Source: Paraspadella gotoi
Taxonomy: Eukaryota; Animalia; Chaetognatha
DNA: 64,000 nt
Reading direction: 5' to 3'
NCBI GenBank assembly: GCA_051294375.1
Contig: CM119271.1
Span: 12,183,620 to 12,247,619, forward strand
Shown: positions 1 through 11,134 of the stretch, in pieces
Numbering within the stretch: position 1 is the first letter of the stretch
How the letters are laid out: every line of letters starts with the position of its first letter
Notes under the pieces: generated by a model
Seen by the model: the letters and a program-made list of their open reading frames with translations, nothing else
Told to the model about the DNA's origin: nothing
Database searches by the model: none
Position numbers and translations under genes: made by a program

Positions 1-221
1 GGGATTATGGTTAGGGTTAGAAATTAAGAATTACTTTTTAAGGACATTGGACAATTGGACAATTGGACAATGGACAATTCACATTGGACATTGGACATTG
101 GACCGACTTTGATGGATTGAGGCCCTCCATCCATCTTAGACCATAAAAACATAGCCTGTCCAAAGTCCGATATCTTATTTATCAAATGAATCGATAATCC
201 TTCCTCTCCACATCCTTCAAG

Positions 222-347
222 GTGATCAACTTCCTGTGCGGGGTGTTGCGACCTCTGGAGGAAGATTCGAACCCAGGATTCGTTCTCGTCATCGATCGTC
301 GATTCGACAAATGGAGCTCAGTCAAATCTGCTCTCGCAAAAATATCC
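222..347 (+). CDS. MCF2L: Internal coding exon of a DBS/MCF2L-like RhoGEF, Sec14/CRAL-TRIO domain
   Basis: Pyrimidine tract plus AAG acceptor (219-221) and GTGAGT donor at 348; 126 nt, phase 0/0; in-frame stop just upstream (195-197). Encodes VINFLCGVLRPLEEDSNPGFVLVIDRRFDKWSSVKSALAKIS, matching the recalled MCF2L motif GFILVIDRRRDKWTSVKASVLRIA. The symbol denotes the family (MCF2L/MCF2L2-like); orthology is not proven. Confidence 0.88.
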
Positions 348-374
348 GTGAGTTGTGTTTCCCTTTTATCGATA

Positions 375-394
375 CAGGGTGTTCCGGAAAGATT

Positions 395-432
<38 letters not shown>

Positions 433-588
433 AATATAGGTATAAATTTATATCTATAACAATCATTGGTACGTGGCAAATTTTCTTGATCAATGTTCAA
501 TGAACATACACTCTATGTACTAGCATCTATAGATTCTTAGACTTCATGTCATTCAAACGCATTAGTTATGAATTTCTGAAACACCCTA
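375..588. mobile_element. Degenerate Tc1/mariner-type MITE with internal (AT)n
   Basis: TA-CAGGGTGTTCCGGAAA ... TTTCTGAAACACCCTA, a 13/16 inverted match. Left TA present; right TSD degenerate. Confidence 0.5.
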
Positions 589-819
589 TTTTCTCTCACG
601 TTTCCTCACCTCTTCTCCTTCCTCCTCCTCCTCCTCCTCATTCTCCTCCTCTCTATTCCTCGCACACTTTCCTATTAATTCCCTTTTAATATTACATTAT
701 TCGATTAAAAAAAGAAGAAAAGATTAAAACGAAAACAATAAACTAAGACGATGATTTAATAACCGATTTCAAAATGGAAACCATCTTTTCTTTTCTCTCG
801 ATTTCTTTCAATTCTACTA

Positions 820-965
820 TTTTTTTACTATCATTTTTCTTCTATCACATCTTCTCCCTTTTCTATCATTTTTCTTCTATCACATCTACTCTTTTTACTA
901 TCATTTTTTCTTCTATCACATTTACTATTTTTATTATCATTTTTTTTCTTCTAACACATCTACTT
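820..965. repeat. Tandem repeat of about 35 bp (tcattttttcttctatcacatctactctttttacta), about 4 units
   Basis: Direct reading. Confidence 0.7.
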
Positions 966-1358
966 CCCTTTTATATTTCAATTTTCTTTTATCATTTCCT
1001 ACTCTCACGTCATCAATCATTTCTGTTTTTACCTTCTTTATCACCTCAGAACTTATTTTATCATCTCTTCTATCACCATCTCCTCCATCAATATCACTTC
1101 TTTTATCAGTTTTTCCTTCGCTATCACTCCTACTGCGCTTCCGAGTCCCTGAGACCCCCTGGTTACCTCGATTACTGCGCTGTTCGTCTTGGGTGAAAAA
1201 GCTGCTGCTTCTGCTGTCATTAGAATCGTCGTCGTCGNNNNNNNNNNCGTCGTCGTTGTATTTCATTTCGTCAAAGCTGCTTTTTTAACTTGATAGTTTT
1301 TATTTCGAAATCGGCTTTTTGATATCTCACTAGCAAATATATAGTAAATAATAGAGAT

Positions 1359-1400
<42 letters not shown>

Positions 1401-1641
1401 AAAACGTTCTTTCTCCCTCTTTTGTCTCAGCCGTCGAATCGCTATTGAATTTCCCATCAAAAAATCTCGTTACAAACTTCCGCAACAAAATTTCCGCCCG
1501 AATTGGGAAACTCGTCGAATGGGCGTGTCCGACCAGTGGCGCCGCCGTTAGTGGGGGCGTCGCGCGGATCACGTCGCGCGGACAAGTCACAAAATTCGAG
1601 AGGGAGCGGACCGACCACCTGGGACGGGCGTAGACTGTATG

Positions 1642-1731
<90 letters not shown>

Positions 1732-2010
1732 AAAGAGAGAGGAGAGAGAGGGAAGGAGGGAAAATGAGAGTGGAGGGACGGAGAGAGAGGGAGAAGAGAG
1801 GGAGAGGGAGAGATGTAGGGAAAGAGAGAGAGAGAGAAAGAATGAAGAGAGGGAGGGGAGACAGAGAGAGAGAGAGAGAGAGAGACGAGGCCTTCGAACG
1901 TTGACCTCCGGTAATACTTGTCGTCGTCGTCGTTGTCGTCGTTGTCGTCGTGGTCCGTTTCAAATCGCAACTTTCAAATGGCTTTTGATGGGCGGTCACG
2001 AACAAAATGA

Positions 2011-2070
<60 letters not shown>

Positions 2071-2396
2071 CTATCTCTCTCTTCTCTCTCTCTCTCTGTC
2101 TTTTTTTCTCTCCCCCCGCGACTTTTTTGAGTAAATCGAGCGTGAAAATTAAAACCGAGAGAGAGAGAGTCAGAGAAAAGAGAACAAGAGAGAGAAAGTG
2201 AGATGAACAAACAACAATATGAAAGAAAGAAAAAAAGAGAGTGAGAGAGAGTCATTTTTTCGTGACGCCATTCGAGAGCATTGTAAGTTGCAATTACAGC
2301 CGCAGCCGCCGCCGCCGCAGCCGCGGCGCAGCTAAAAAAGAAAGGCGATACAAGCTCGAATGTCTCTCGAGAGGAGAGAAGGAACTCTGACCGAGT

Positions 2397-2462
<66 letters not shown>

Positions 2463-3037
2463 GAGAGAGAGAGGAGTCTTCGATCCTAATATTTTGTTCA
2501 TCTTGAGTCACTTAGACATTATTTTAAGTCACAGACTCTTAGCTTATCGATTGGGCCAAGGAGCGTTGATTAAAAGAGCTTTTGCCTTCAACTGATCACC
2601 AGTTGGTGAGTCCCCCCCGCTCCCCCACTTCCTCTTCCTCCTCCCCTTCCTCTTCCTCCTCTTTTACTTCCTCCCCCCCCCCCCGAGTCTCTTCAATTTT
2701 ATGGGTTCCTTTTCCGTTTTGCGTGGGCGGCGATTCTCTCTCTCCCTGCGGGGGGGGGGGCGTGGGAGAGAGAGCAGTAAGGTGGCAGGATAAAACGGTG
2801 ATGCTTTTTGAAAAAAAAGCGAAAATAAGTCGGAAGTGTTAGTTCTTTAAACGTTGTATCACAAGAGCGGAGAGCAGAATTAAGTTTATGTGTATCTATA
2901 CATCCATACATATGTTTTAATATGCGAATTACATTTTTGTTTTCTTCAAAATTTGGAAAATTAAAAATATGATTATAATTTTTCAAAAATGTTTTTTTCA
3001 GTAGCAGAACCAGTTTAGTCTAACTCCTTGAAAGCGA

Positions 3038-3860
3038 TTTACATGTATTGGAGCAGCCACTGGTTTCAAAATTTTTTTTATTTTAAGGAATTTTTTTTCT
3101 TTGGGGGAAAAGGGAGATTTAAAAAAAATACTATTTCAAAATTCTGAATAAAAAAAGATTAAAATATTTTATGAAAAACATGAAAAATATGTGTCTGTTC
3201 TGTTCTACCTGTCGGTCTGTCCTACCTGATCCGTCCGTCTGTCGGTCTCTCAGTCTGTTCTATCTCCTAATCAGTCTGTCAAATACGTTTCTTCCCGATC
3301 GGTTCAATTGGTTGAAACACAGGGAGGCTGAACTTCTTCGGTCTCATTGGCCGTGACTCTCTCTAGATCTTGTGAGGATCAAGAGATGGGGTGTTAGAGA
3401 TTTCCTTTAAACGAAGAGAGAGAGAGAGAGAGAGAGAGANNNNNNNNNNNNNNNNNNNNNNNNNTTTACAGTATTTGGAACAGCCACTGGCTTTCAAAAT
3501 TTTTTTTATTTTAAGGAATTTTTTTTCTTTGGGGGAAAAGGGAGATTTAAAAAAATACTATTTCAAAATTCTGAATTAAAAAAGATTAAAATATTTATGA
3601 AAAACATGAAAAATATGTGTCTGTTCTGTTCTACCTGTCGCGTCTGTCCTACCTGATCCGTCCGTCTGTCGGTCTCTCAGTCTGTTCTATCTCCTAATCA
3701 GTCTGTCAAATACGTTTCTTCCCGATCGGTTCAATTGGTTGAAACACAGGGAGGCTGAAACTTCTTCGGTCTCATTGGCCGTGACTCTCTCTAGATCTTT
3801 GTGAGGATCAAGAGATGGGGTGTTAGAGATTTCCTTAAACGAAGAGATGAGAAGAGAGAG
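3038..3860 (+). repeat. Direct duplication of about 400 bp either side of a 25-N gap
   Basis: 3038-3439 and 3465-3860 are near-identical. Confidence 0.9.
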
Positions 3861-3864
3861 AGAT

Positions 3865-3918
<54 letters not shown>

Positions 3919-3999
3919 CAAAAACAGGCACCTGACGCCCGTGAAATGAATTACTGTTTCGGGCTCCTCATTTATTCACTCTTGTTCGCGCAGGAGAGC

Positions 4000-4037
<38 letters not shown>

Positions 4038-4159
4038 AAAGATGAGACAAGTTGACGGGCGTGAAATATGCTCGTCGTTTATTCTCCATAAACTGTAAAT
4101 TATGAGACCGAAAAGATTAAATTGGAAACAATTAATTTGAGTGAAATTATGCGAGAACT

Positions 4160-4430
4160 TAGGCCGACTATTGGACATGGCTTGGGCGGAGACTTGGTAT
4201 TGCTTGGGCGAGAGAGGACAATGCATGGCATGGAATGGCGTGGCATGCAGGGCATGGCTTGGGCGGAGACAGTGTATGGGTTGGGCCCACAAGCTACTAT
4301 GGTTTGGGCCGAAATGTGGGCATCGCTTGGGCCTATTATAAGGCATGGCTTAGGCTGACTATAGAGCATGGCTTTGGCCGACAATAGGGAAATGTTTGGG
4401 TGACTATAGGGCATGGCTTGTACCGACAAA
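4160..4430 (+). repeat. Degenerate minisatellite of about 21-22 bp (ctatagggcatggcttgggccga-like)
   Basis: Recurrent catggcttgggc units. Confidence 0.7.
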
Positions 4431-5783
4431 CGGCTATTATATAAGCCGACAAGAGGGCGTGGCTCTTTTATTGGTCGATTTACGATTTAAATCCTCATAA
4501 ATGTGATAATTCTGTATCATTGTGTGTAACAAAGACAGCGCTGCATTTTCTTGTTTTTTAATTTGCATTTTCTTTTAAAAGTTTTCGTCGTCATCTTCGT
4601 CGTCGTCTTTGTCGTCGTCTTCGTCGTCGTCGTCGTCGTCGTCATATTCGTCATCGTCATCTTTGTCGTCGTCGTCTTTGTCGTCGTCGTCTTCGTCGTC
4701 ATCTTTGTCGTCCCTCTTCCTCCTTCCCTATGGAAACCTCCCAACTTTTAAATCAGCAAATTTGGGCAACTAACCTGAGGGGCTTCGAACCAACGGTGAC
4801 TCTCTCTCTATCTCTCTCTCGCTTTTGCTCAAGAAATCCAAGGAGCTCCGGAACCCAAGACTCACGATGAGAAACTGTGCATTTTGTCACGTCGTCGTAG
4901 CAAAGCGTTGCAAAGCTATGATAGGCCATTGTATCAGTGGAATTTGTGATAAAAAAGTCTTCTTGATAAGCGTTTCTCGGTGATAAAGGACCTTCACCCA
5001 ATTTAAGATACCGGTGAGGCAATCAATGAGTTTGTTCTCGGTAAATGAACCAATCAAAGCTTGCTTTCACCAATCAGAGATCATTGTTCGCCTCATAAAA
5101 CCGAAACCTCTCGCAATTGAGCGACTCGGAGGACGTAGGACGACGACGACGACGACGACGATGAAGACGACGCCGACGATGAAGACGATGACGAAGAAGA
5201 CGACGACGACGACGATGAAGATGACCATGACGACGATGATGAAGATGATGACGAAGAAGACGACGACGATGACTACGACGACGATGAAGACGACAATGTA
5301 GACAACGATAAAGACGATGACAGAGAAGAAGACGACGATGACGACTCGAAATAGGTAAAAAATAATTATCGGAGAAAACGTTAAAACCAGTTATACCTCG
5401 GTACGAGAGAGAGAGAGACGAGAGGAGAGACGATGAGAGGAAGAGAGAGAGAGAGGAGAGAGAGAGAGAGATAGAAATTTACAATATAGTAAAAATAAAT
5501 GACAAAAAAATGGGAAAAAATTTAAAACCAGGATTTTTTCTCTTAAAGGACGATAAATTATTTTCCGACTAAAATAAATTGATGAGAGAGAGAGAGGAGA
5601 AAGAAGAGAGAGAGAGGGAGAGAGAGAGAGTGAGAGACGAGAGAGAGAGAAGGCGGGGGCATTGACTGGCGATCGATCGAAAAGTAAAATCGTGATAATT
5701 TCGTGGTCCCAAAGTCGCAGACGTTATCTTCGAGCGTTTTTGATCGCTCTCGCTCTCGCTCTGTCTCTTCTCTGTTCAACCCC

Positions 5784-5815
<32 letters not shown>

Positions 5816-6149
5816 AGAAGAGAGAGAGAGAGAGAGAGAGAGAAAAGAACTGAGATTTCCGTCGACGTTTGAACCAATGATGAGGAATTTATTCATTTCT
5901 CAACACTACGTTAAAATATTTTTGGATTTTCTTTTTGAATAAGTTCCAATATATAACAATATTCTATAATTACTATCAAAATTGTTTTATTTAAAACTTT
6001 TATACTAATGTTAAAAAATGTAGAGATTTAAAACGGTATACACTTTTATATTTGTTATTCCAATTTTAAAGTAACATATTTTTAAAACAAATGTTTAAAG
6101 GCTTTTACTAAAATTTTGTTTTTACCATTTTAAGTTTTTAAAATATAAA

Positions 6150-6205
6150 TATTGTAAACGCTGATGAAGACTCAAAAAGAGTCGAAACATGTCCGAGAAC
6201 TAATA
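6150..6205 (+). ncRNA. Minimal type I hammerhead ribozyme (Penelope-like-element type)
   Basis: CTGATGA (6161-6167), A, stem II GACTC-aaaaa-GAGTC, GAAA (6184-6187), palindromic stem III ACATGT, GTC cleavage triplet ending 6193. Interrupted stem I: TATTGT-aaa-CG pairs with CG-aga-AC-t-AATA. Confidence 0.8.
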
Positions 6206-6719
6206 TAAATAAATTTTTTGAAAAAGCTAACAAAATTTTTATTGTTTTAATTAAAATATTTAAAATATATTATTTAATCATTTTATATTTTTTTATTAGT
6301 TTTTATCAAAATTTAACATTAATAACTTCTGCAAATAGAACAAATATAATTTAGGTATGATTCTTAAATAAAATAAAGTAAATAGTGATTAAACAACAAT
6401 GGTAAAATTAACGATTATTAATTTTACCATGTAATTAAATCAATAGTTACTTTATTTGTCTATCTCAAACACAACAAACTGAAAGAGAAATACAATTATG
6501 ATTCTCTATATAAAGTAAAAAAAATAGTAGATTAACTAATACAATATTTATAAAAAAATTTTTAACTACAATCAAAAACCAACTTAATTTTCTTTCAAAC
6601 GTAGTGACCCGAGTTCGTGTCGGAAAGGGCAAAGGTGACGACTGACGAACCTCGACAATGAAAGCCGATCGCGGAAACCCAACAAGGATACTTCATTAAG
6701 GTTTAAGAAATAAACACTT

Positions 6720-7152
6720 TTTACTCCTTCCTTCCTTCTTTCTTTCTTTCTTTCTTCGATTCTTTTTCTTTCTTTTTTTCTTTTTTCTTTCTTTCTTTGA
6801 TATTTTCTTTTTTGATTCTTCTTTCTTTCTTTGATTTTTTTTTTCTGTCTTTCTTTCTATGATTCTTTCTTTTCTTTTTTTTTCTTTCTTTGATTCTTTC
6901 TTTCTTCTTTTTTTCTTTCTTTGATTCTTCTTTCTTCTTTGATTCTTTCTTTTTTTCTTCTTTCTTGATTCTTTTTTCTTGATACTTTCTTTCTTTCTTT
7001 CTTTCTTTCTTCTTGATTCTTTCTTCTTTGATTCTTTCTTTCTTCTTACTTTCTTTGAATCTTTTTTTTCTTTCTTCTTTTTCTGATCTTTCTTTCTTTC
7101 TTTCTTCCTGATTCTTTCTTTCTTCTTCTTTCTTTCTTTCTTCTTTCTTTCT

Positions 7153-7219
<67 letters not shown>

Positions 7220-7225
7220 TTTTCT
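6720..7225 (+). repeat. (TTTC)n compound microsatellite (mirrored at about 26200-26715, 28110-28555, 33580-34110)
   Basis: Direct reading; source of the KKERKKER pseudo-ORFs. Confidence 0.9.
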
Positions 7226-7252
7226 TTTTTTATTCATCCATTTTTCTCTCTC

Positions 7253-7305
<53 letters not shown>

Positions 7306-8714
7306 TTTTCAAAACCGTAGTGAGATTTTCTTTCTTTAAACATCCCTTTATCCAGAAAGCGTGAGATTTTCAGCCAATCGGATCGTAAGCCGATCAGGAA
7401 CCGCTTCTTGCTGAATGATTACGGTTTATAATGATAAGTTTTTAAAACGTTTGATGTTTATTTACATTTAAAAAATATTTCTTTTTTAAATTCTCCCGCT
7501 TTCCTTTTTTCATTAATTTTACTATTCATAAATTTTGTCCAGTTCTTTTCCATTTTCTCATTCCCTTTTGTCCATTTCCTTTCCTTTTTTCTCATTCCCT
7601 TTTGTCCATTTCCTTTCCCTTTTTCTCATTCCCTTTTGTCTATTTCCTTTCATTCATAGACGAAAACTCCAAAACCGAAAACAAAAGAAACTTCGAGTCG
7701 AACAAAAGAAAATTTAAAGAAAAAAAATTTTAAAAAAAAAGGGAATCAAATTGAACTTTTTTTCCGCAAGCCATTTCAAATTGGCGCTTTTTCCGAAAAG
7801 CTCCCCATTTCAAATTAGCCCTTTTTCCGAAAAGCTTCCCAATTTCATTTTAAATTTAGAATTTAGTTTGTTGGTTGGGCTTTTGGTGAGAGGTTTTAAT
7901 GAAATTTAGGTTGAAATAAGGGTCAGGGTTTAAGGATAGAAAATAAGTTAGGATTCGGGTTTAGTGATTAAGGATCGAAATTAGGATTCGGGTTAGGATT
8001 AGGTTAAAATTGGAATGATAAGGGTTAAGAATTGTAAACTTTTAGGAAAAGAATTAATATTATTTTAAGATTAAAATTAAGTTTAAAAAATTAAAAATCT
8101 AAATGAGGACAATCGAGAAATATGGCCAAATTTAAGGTGGAACCGTCCCTCTTTTTCGCGGCGCCCGTAATCAATACCTTTTTTCGATGCCGGGATTGGA
8201 ATCGTTTTGCGATGCCAGGTCGCTGAGCGAAGGTTCGAGTTTCTTGAGCGGTGCTAAGATCTTTTCTTTTTCCCGTTCCCCACTTATGTCATTTTCCGGT
8301 ACCAGAAAAGGGTCAACTTTGCGGTACCAGAAAAGGGTCAACTTTGATCATTTTGCCGTGCTAGAGAAGGGTCACCTTGCAGTGCCGGTCGAAAGGTCAC
8401 GAGGCCAAAATCTCTCAAATTTCCTTTTGGGATATCGGTCTGGGATGGCGACGACGACGAACGACGAACGACGACGACGACGACGTAAGCTACGAGACCT
8501 TTCAATTTCGATTCGTTTCAATTCCGTTTGAGACGTCGTCGTCGTCGTCGTCGTCGTCGTCTTTGTCATCTTTGTCGTCGTCGTCGTCGTCATCGTCATC
8601 GTCATCGTCCTCATCTATTTTCTTTTATCCCCACTTCCAGGTTTTCCGCTCCGGAGTGATTTTCCCAGAGGCCATTTTTGATTTTCCATTTCGGTCTTTG
8701 AGGCCAATAATCCT

Positions 8715-8990
8715 CGCGGCTGATCCTCTAGTGGCCGCTACTTTAGAGGCCGCTCCTTTAAGAACCGCTTCTATAGTGGCCGATCCTTTAGAGGCCGATC
8801 CTTTGGAGGCCGCTCCAATAGAGGCCGTTCCTTTGGATGTCGCTTTTCTTGTGGCCGCTCCTTTAGAGGCTGCTCCTTCTAAAGGACAATCCTTTTGAAG
8901 GCCATTCCTTTGAAGGCCGCTTCTCTAGTGGCCACTCCTTTAGAGACCACTCCTTAAGACGCCACTCCTTTAGAGGCCGCTCTTCTAAAA
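8715..8990 (+). repeat. 15-bp minisatellite (TAGAGGCCGCTCCTT); copies about 24420-24690 and 35590-35860
   Basis: Visible tandem units; they explain the AAPLE/ASKGA pseudo-ORFs. Confidence 0.85.
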
Positions 8991-9807
8991 ACTGAAGCAT
9001 ATCATCATTCGAATAGAGAGAGTGTGGAATGTTAAAAAAGTGTAAAAAACTGAAATCGTCAAACTATGTTCAACTATGTCAACTATGTTCACATTGTAAT
9101 TTATTGTTAATTCATTTTACTTTTCTTTAAATTGTAGTTACATACATACATACATTTGCATTTTTATTGTGTTAAACTTTTACATTTTTATTGTAATAAA
9201 TCAAATCAAATTAATGTGTTGGCTTTTCAACTCATTCTCAACCAACTAAAAATTATTATTGCATATGATATGTATTATTTAGTAATTAACTAGTAGATTT
9301 ACCTCGTTTCATTCGACGGAAAACGAAAAAACGTAAAACTTCTAACGCGAATTTTATTACGATGATGTTACGCGAATGGAAACGCAGTGGTGGAACTGCG
9401 GAGATTGACAGACCGACAAAGAGTGAATAACGAGACAATTGACGCTTAAAACTCGTGAACTTCACGTGAACGACAAAAAATGTGAAACTAACGAGAATCT
9501 CTCTTTTGGTTTCATTCGTTTTTTTTCTCTCTTTTTCACAACATTTTCTGTGAACTTGATATCAACGTATCACGTAATTTTTGTCACTTACATTCACGAC
9601 TTACTTGTTCGACACCGTTCATTCTCTATTCAATCTCGATTCACAATCACTCGTTCTCGATTCACCAACGCATACTGACCTCCCCACTAAGGCGGGCCAG
9701 AATTTAATATTTTTTACAATATGACAAAAGTCTGCAATAAAAGTATTTTTTCTTTTTTACAACCAAATCGACTTATATGTTAGATTTTAATTAAATTAAT
9801 TTCACAT

Positions 9808-10146
9808 GCATGGAAGCATTTTAATATCTAACAATATTTAAGAAATGCTTAAATAAATTTTTTTTCGAGAATTTCAATTTTTAAAAATGGATTCTAAGAT
9901 AAAGATTAAAAAGTTAGATAAAGGTTAGTACTACCAAAATTTAACAAAAAATCTATTAATGATTCATTAAATTTTATAGATTTTTTTAAATTTTCATGAT
10001 AAATCATTAAATTTCAAAAAGTTGTAATAATAAACCTTCATCTAACTTTTTAAGCTTTATCAGAATCCGTTAAAAAAAATTTAAATTTATTAAAAAAATA
10101 TTTTACATTAATATAGTATTTGGATAATATAAAATAGCTTCCATGC
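9808..10146. mobile_element. AT-rich foldback/MITE-like imperfect hairpin, about 340 bp (also in the other U copies)
   Basis: Left arm gcatggaagc...ggattct..gataaagattaaaaagttagataaaggtt matches the reverse complement of the right arm aaccttcatctaactttttaagctttatcagaatcc...gcttccatgc. Confidence 0.5.
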
Positions 10147-11007
10147 GTTTCACTATAAGATAAATCTTAAATTTGTTTTATTTTTACGATCTTTAATAAA
10201 CCCATATAATAACCCCTGTCACGGTCTTAACTGGAGCCCCCCCCTCCCCGAGCCTTGTCCCCCCTTATTGACACTCCCCAGTCCCTGAAACAGCTAAATG
10301 GGCTGAAGAACACATATCCGTAACTTCTATGCCCCTTCTAAACAGCCTCTCGGAACCAGGCTTGAGGGTTTCCATGCCCGCCGAGGCGGTTTACGGCCCT
10401 CCTCAATGAGTCCTCACGTTCCCGCAGGGTTGTTACCCGAGGGATCGATCCTGGTACATATTGGTCATGAGTTGATGGTATTACTCACGAGCCACCGGGT
10501 TACGAACTGAAGGTTGTCAAGCTTATAGGCGGGCTGAACTTAAGCAATGTCCTTTTCCTGCAACCTCCCTGACTGACCCTTCCTTGTCCCCCCCACCTCC
10601 CCCTCAGCGCATTCAGGTCACGCCCCCTTTGACGGATCAACTCTTCCTATTTTCGCGTCGACATTTTTTTTTTTCTCTTTCGTTTTGACGTCAAAATTTT
10701 CATCCCTCGAGAGAATCTGACGTCGAGCCGGGCGCGTGAAAGTGCGCGTGAAAGGGGCGTGAGAAGCCGCAAAAAAGCGCGTGAAAAGGGACTTGAGGGG
10801 CGCCTAAAAGCCACAAAAAAGCGGGTGAAAGGGCGCGTGAAGGCCATGAATAGGCGCATGAGGCACGTAAAAGGGCGATAGGGCTCATGAAAAGCGTATG
10901 AAAGAGTCTTGTGAAAAGGCGCGTGAAAGGATCAATGTCTGGCTCGAAGACTTTCGAACTCGAATCGATCTTCGTCTTGTAAATGATCTTTGTTGTTGCT
11001 TGTTGTT

Positions 11008-11070
<63 letters not shown>

Positions 11071-11134
11071 GCTCTCTCCCCGGCAAATTTGGCCAATGAC
11101 GTCATTGGTCTTCAGGTGCGAGTCGCTTTTAACG

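Larger units (their letters stand above)
5345..11000 (+). repeat. Unit U (about 5.6 kb), first copy. Others: about 14040-17900 (-, partial, noisy), 22347-28111 (-), 28112-29960 (-, partial), 32170-37860 (+)
   Basis: Direct comparison of landmarks (hammerhead, TTTC array, 15-bp minisatellite, A/B-box repeat, gcgtgaaa repeats) in the same or mirrored order. Differences are mostly homopolymer indels. Confidence 0.9.

Noticed and set aside
595-660. PacBio SMRTbell adapter remnant
   Set aside because: Only a CCT run; the GTTGTTGTT-GAGAGAGAT part is absent, and no adapter was recognised at the foldback junctions.
1457-2501. Long SLSLSL/RERERE, KKERK, TTTT and DDDD ORFs here and throughout
   Set aside because: Translations of (GA)n, (GAAA)n and (GAC)n microsatellites or N runs; no splice or domain support.
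4160-4430. CRISPR-like array (also 8715-8990, 51030-51205, 56549-56640)
   Set aside because: Head-to-tail minisatellites without unique spacers; eukaryotic context and no cas genes.
6642-6680. CTGACGA...GAAA hammerhead-like words
   Set aside because: No stem II pairing between the boxes, and no NUH/stem I arrangement.
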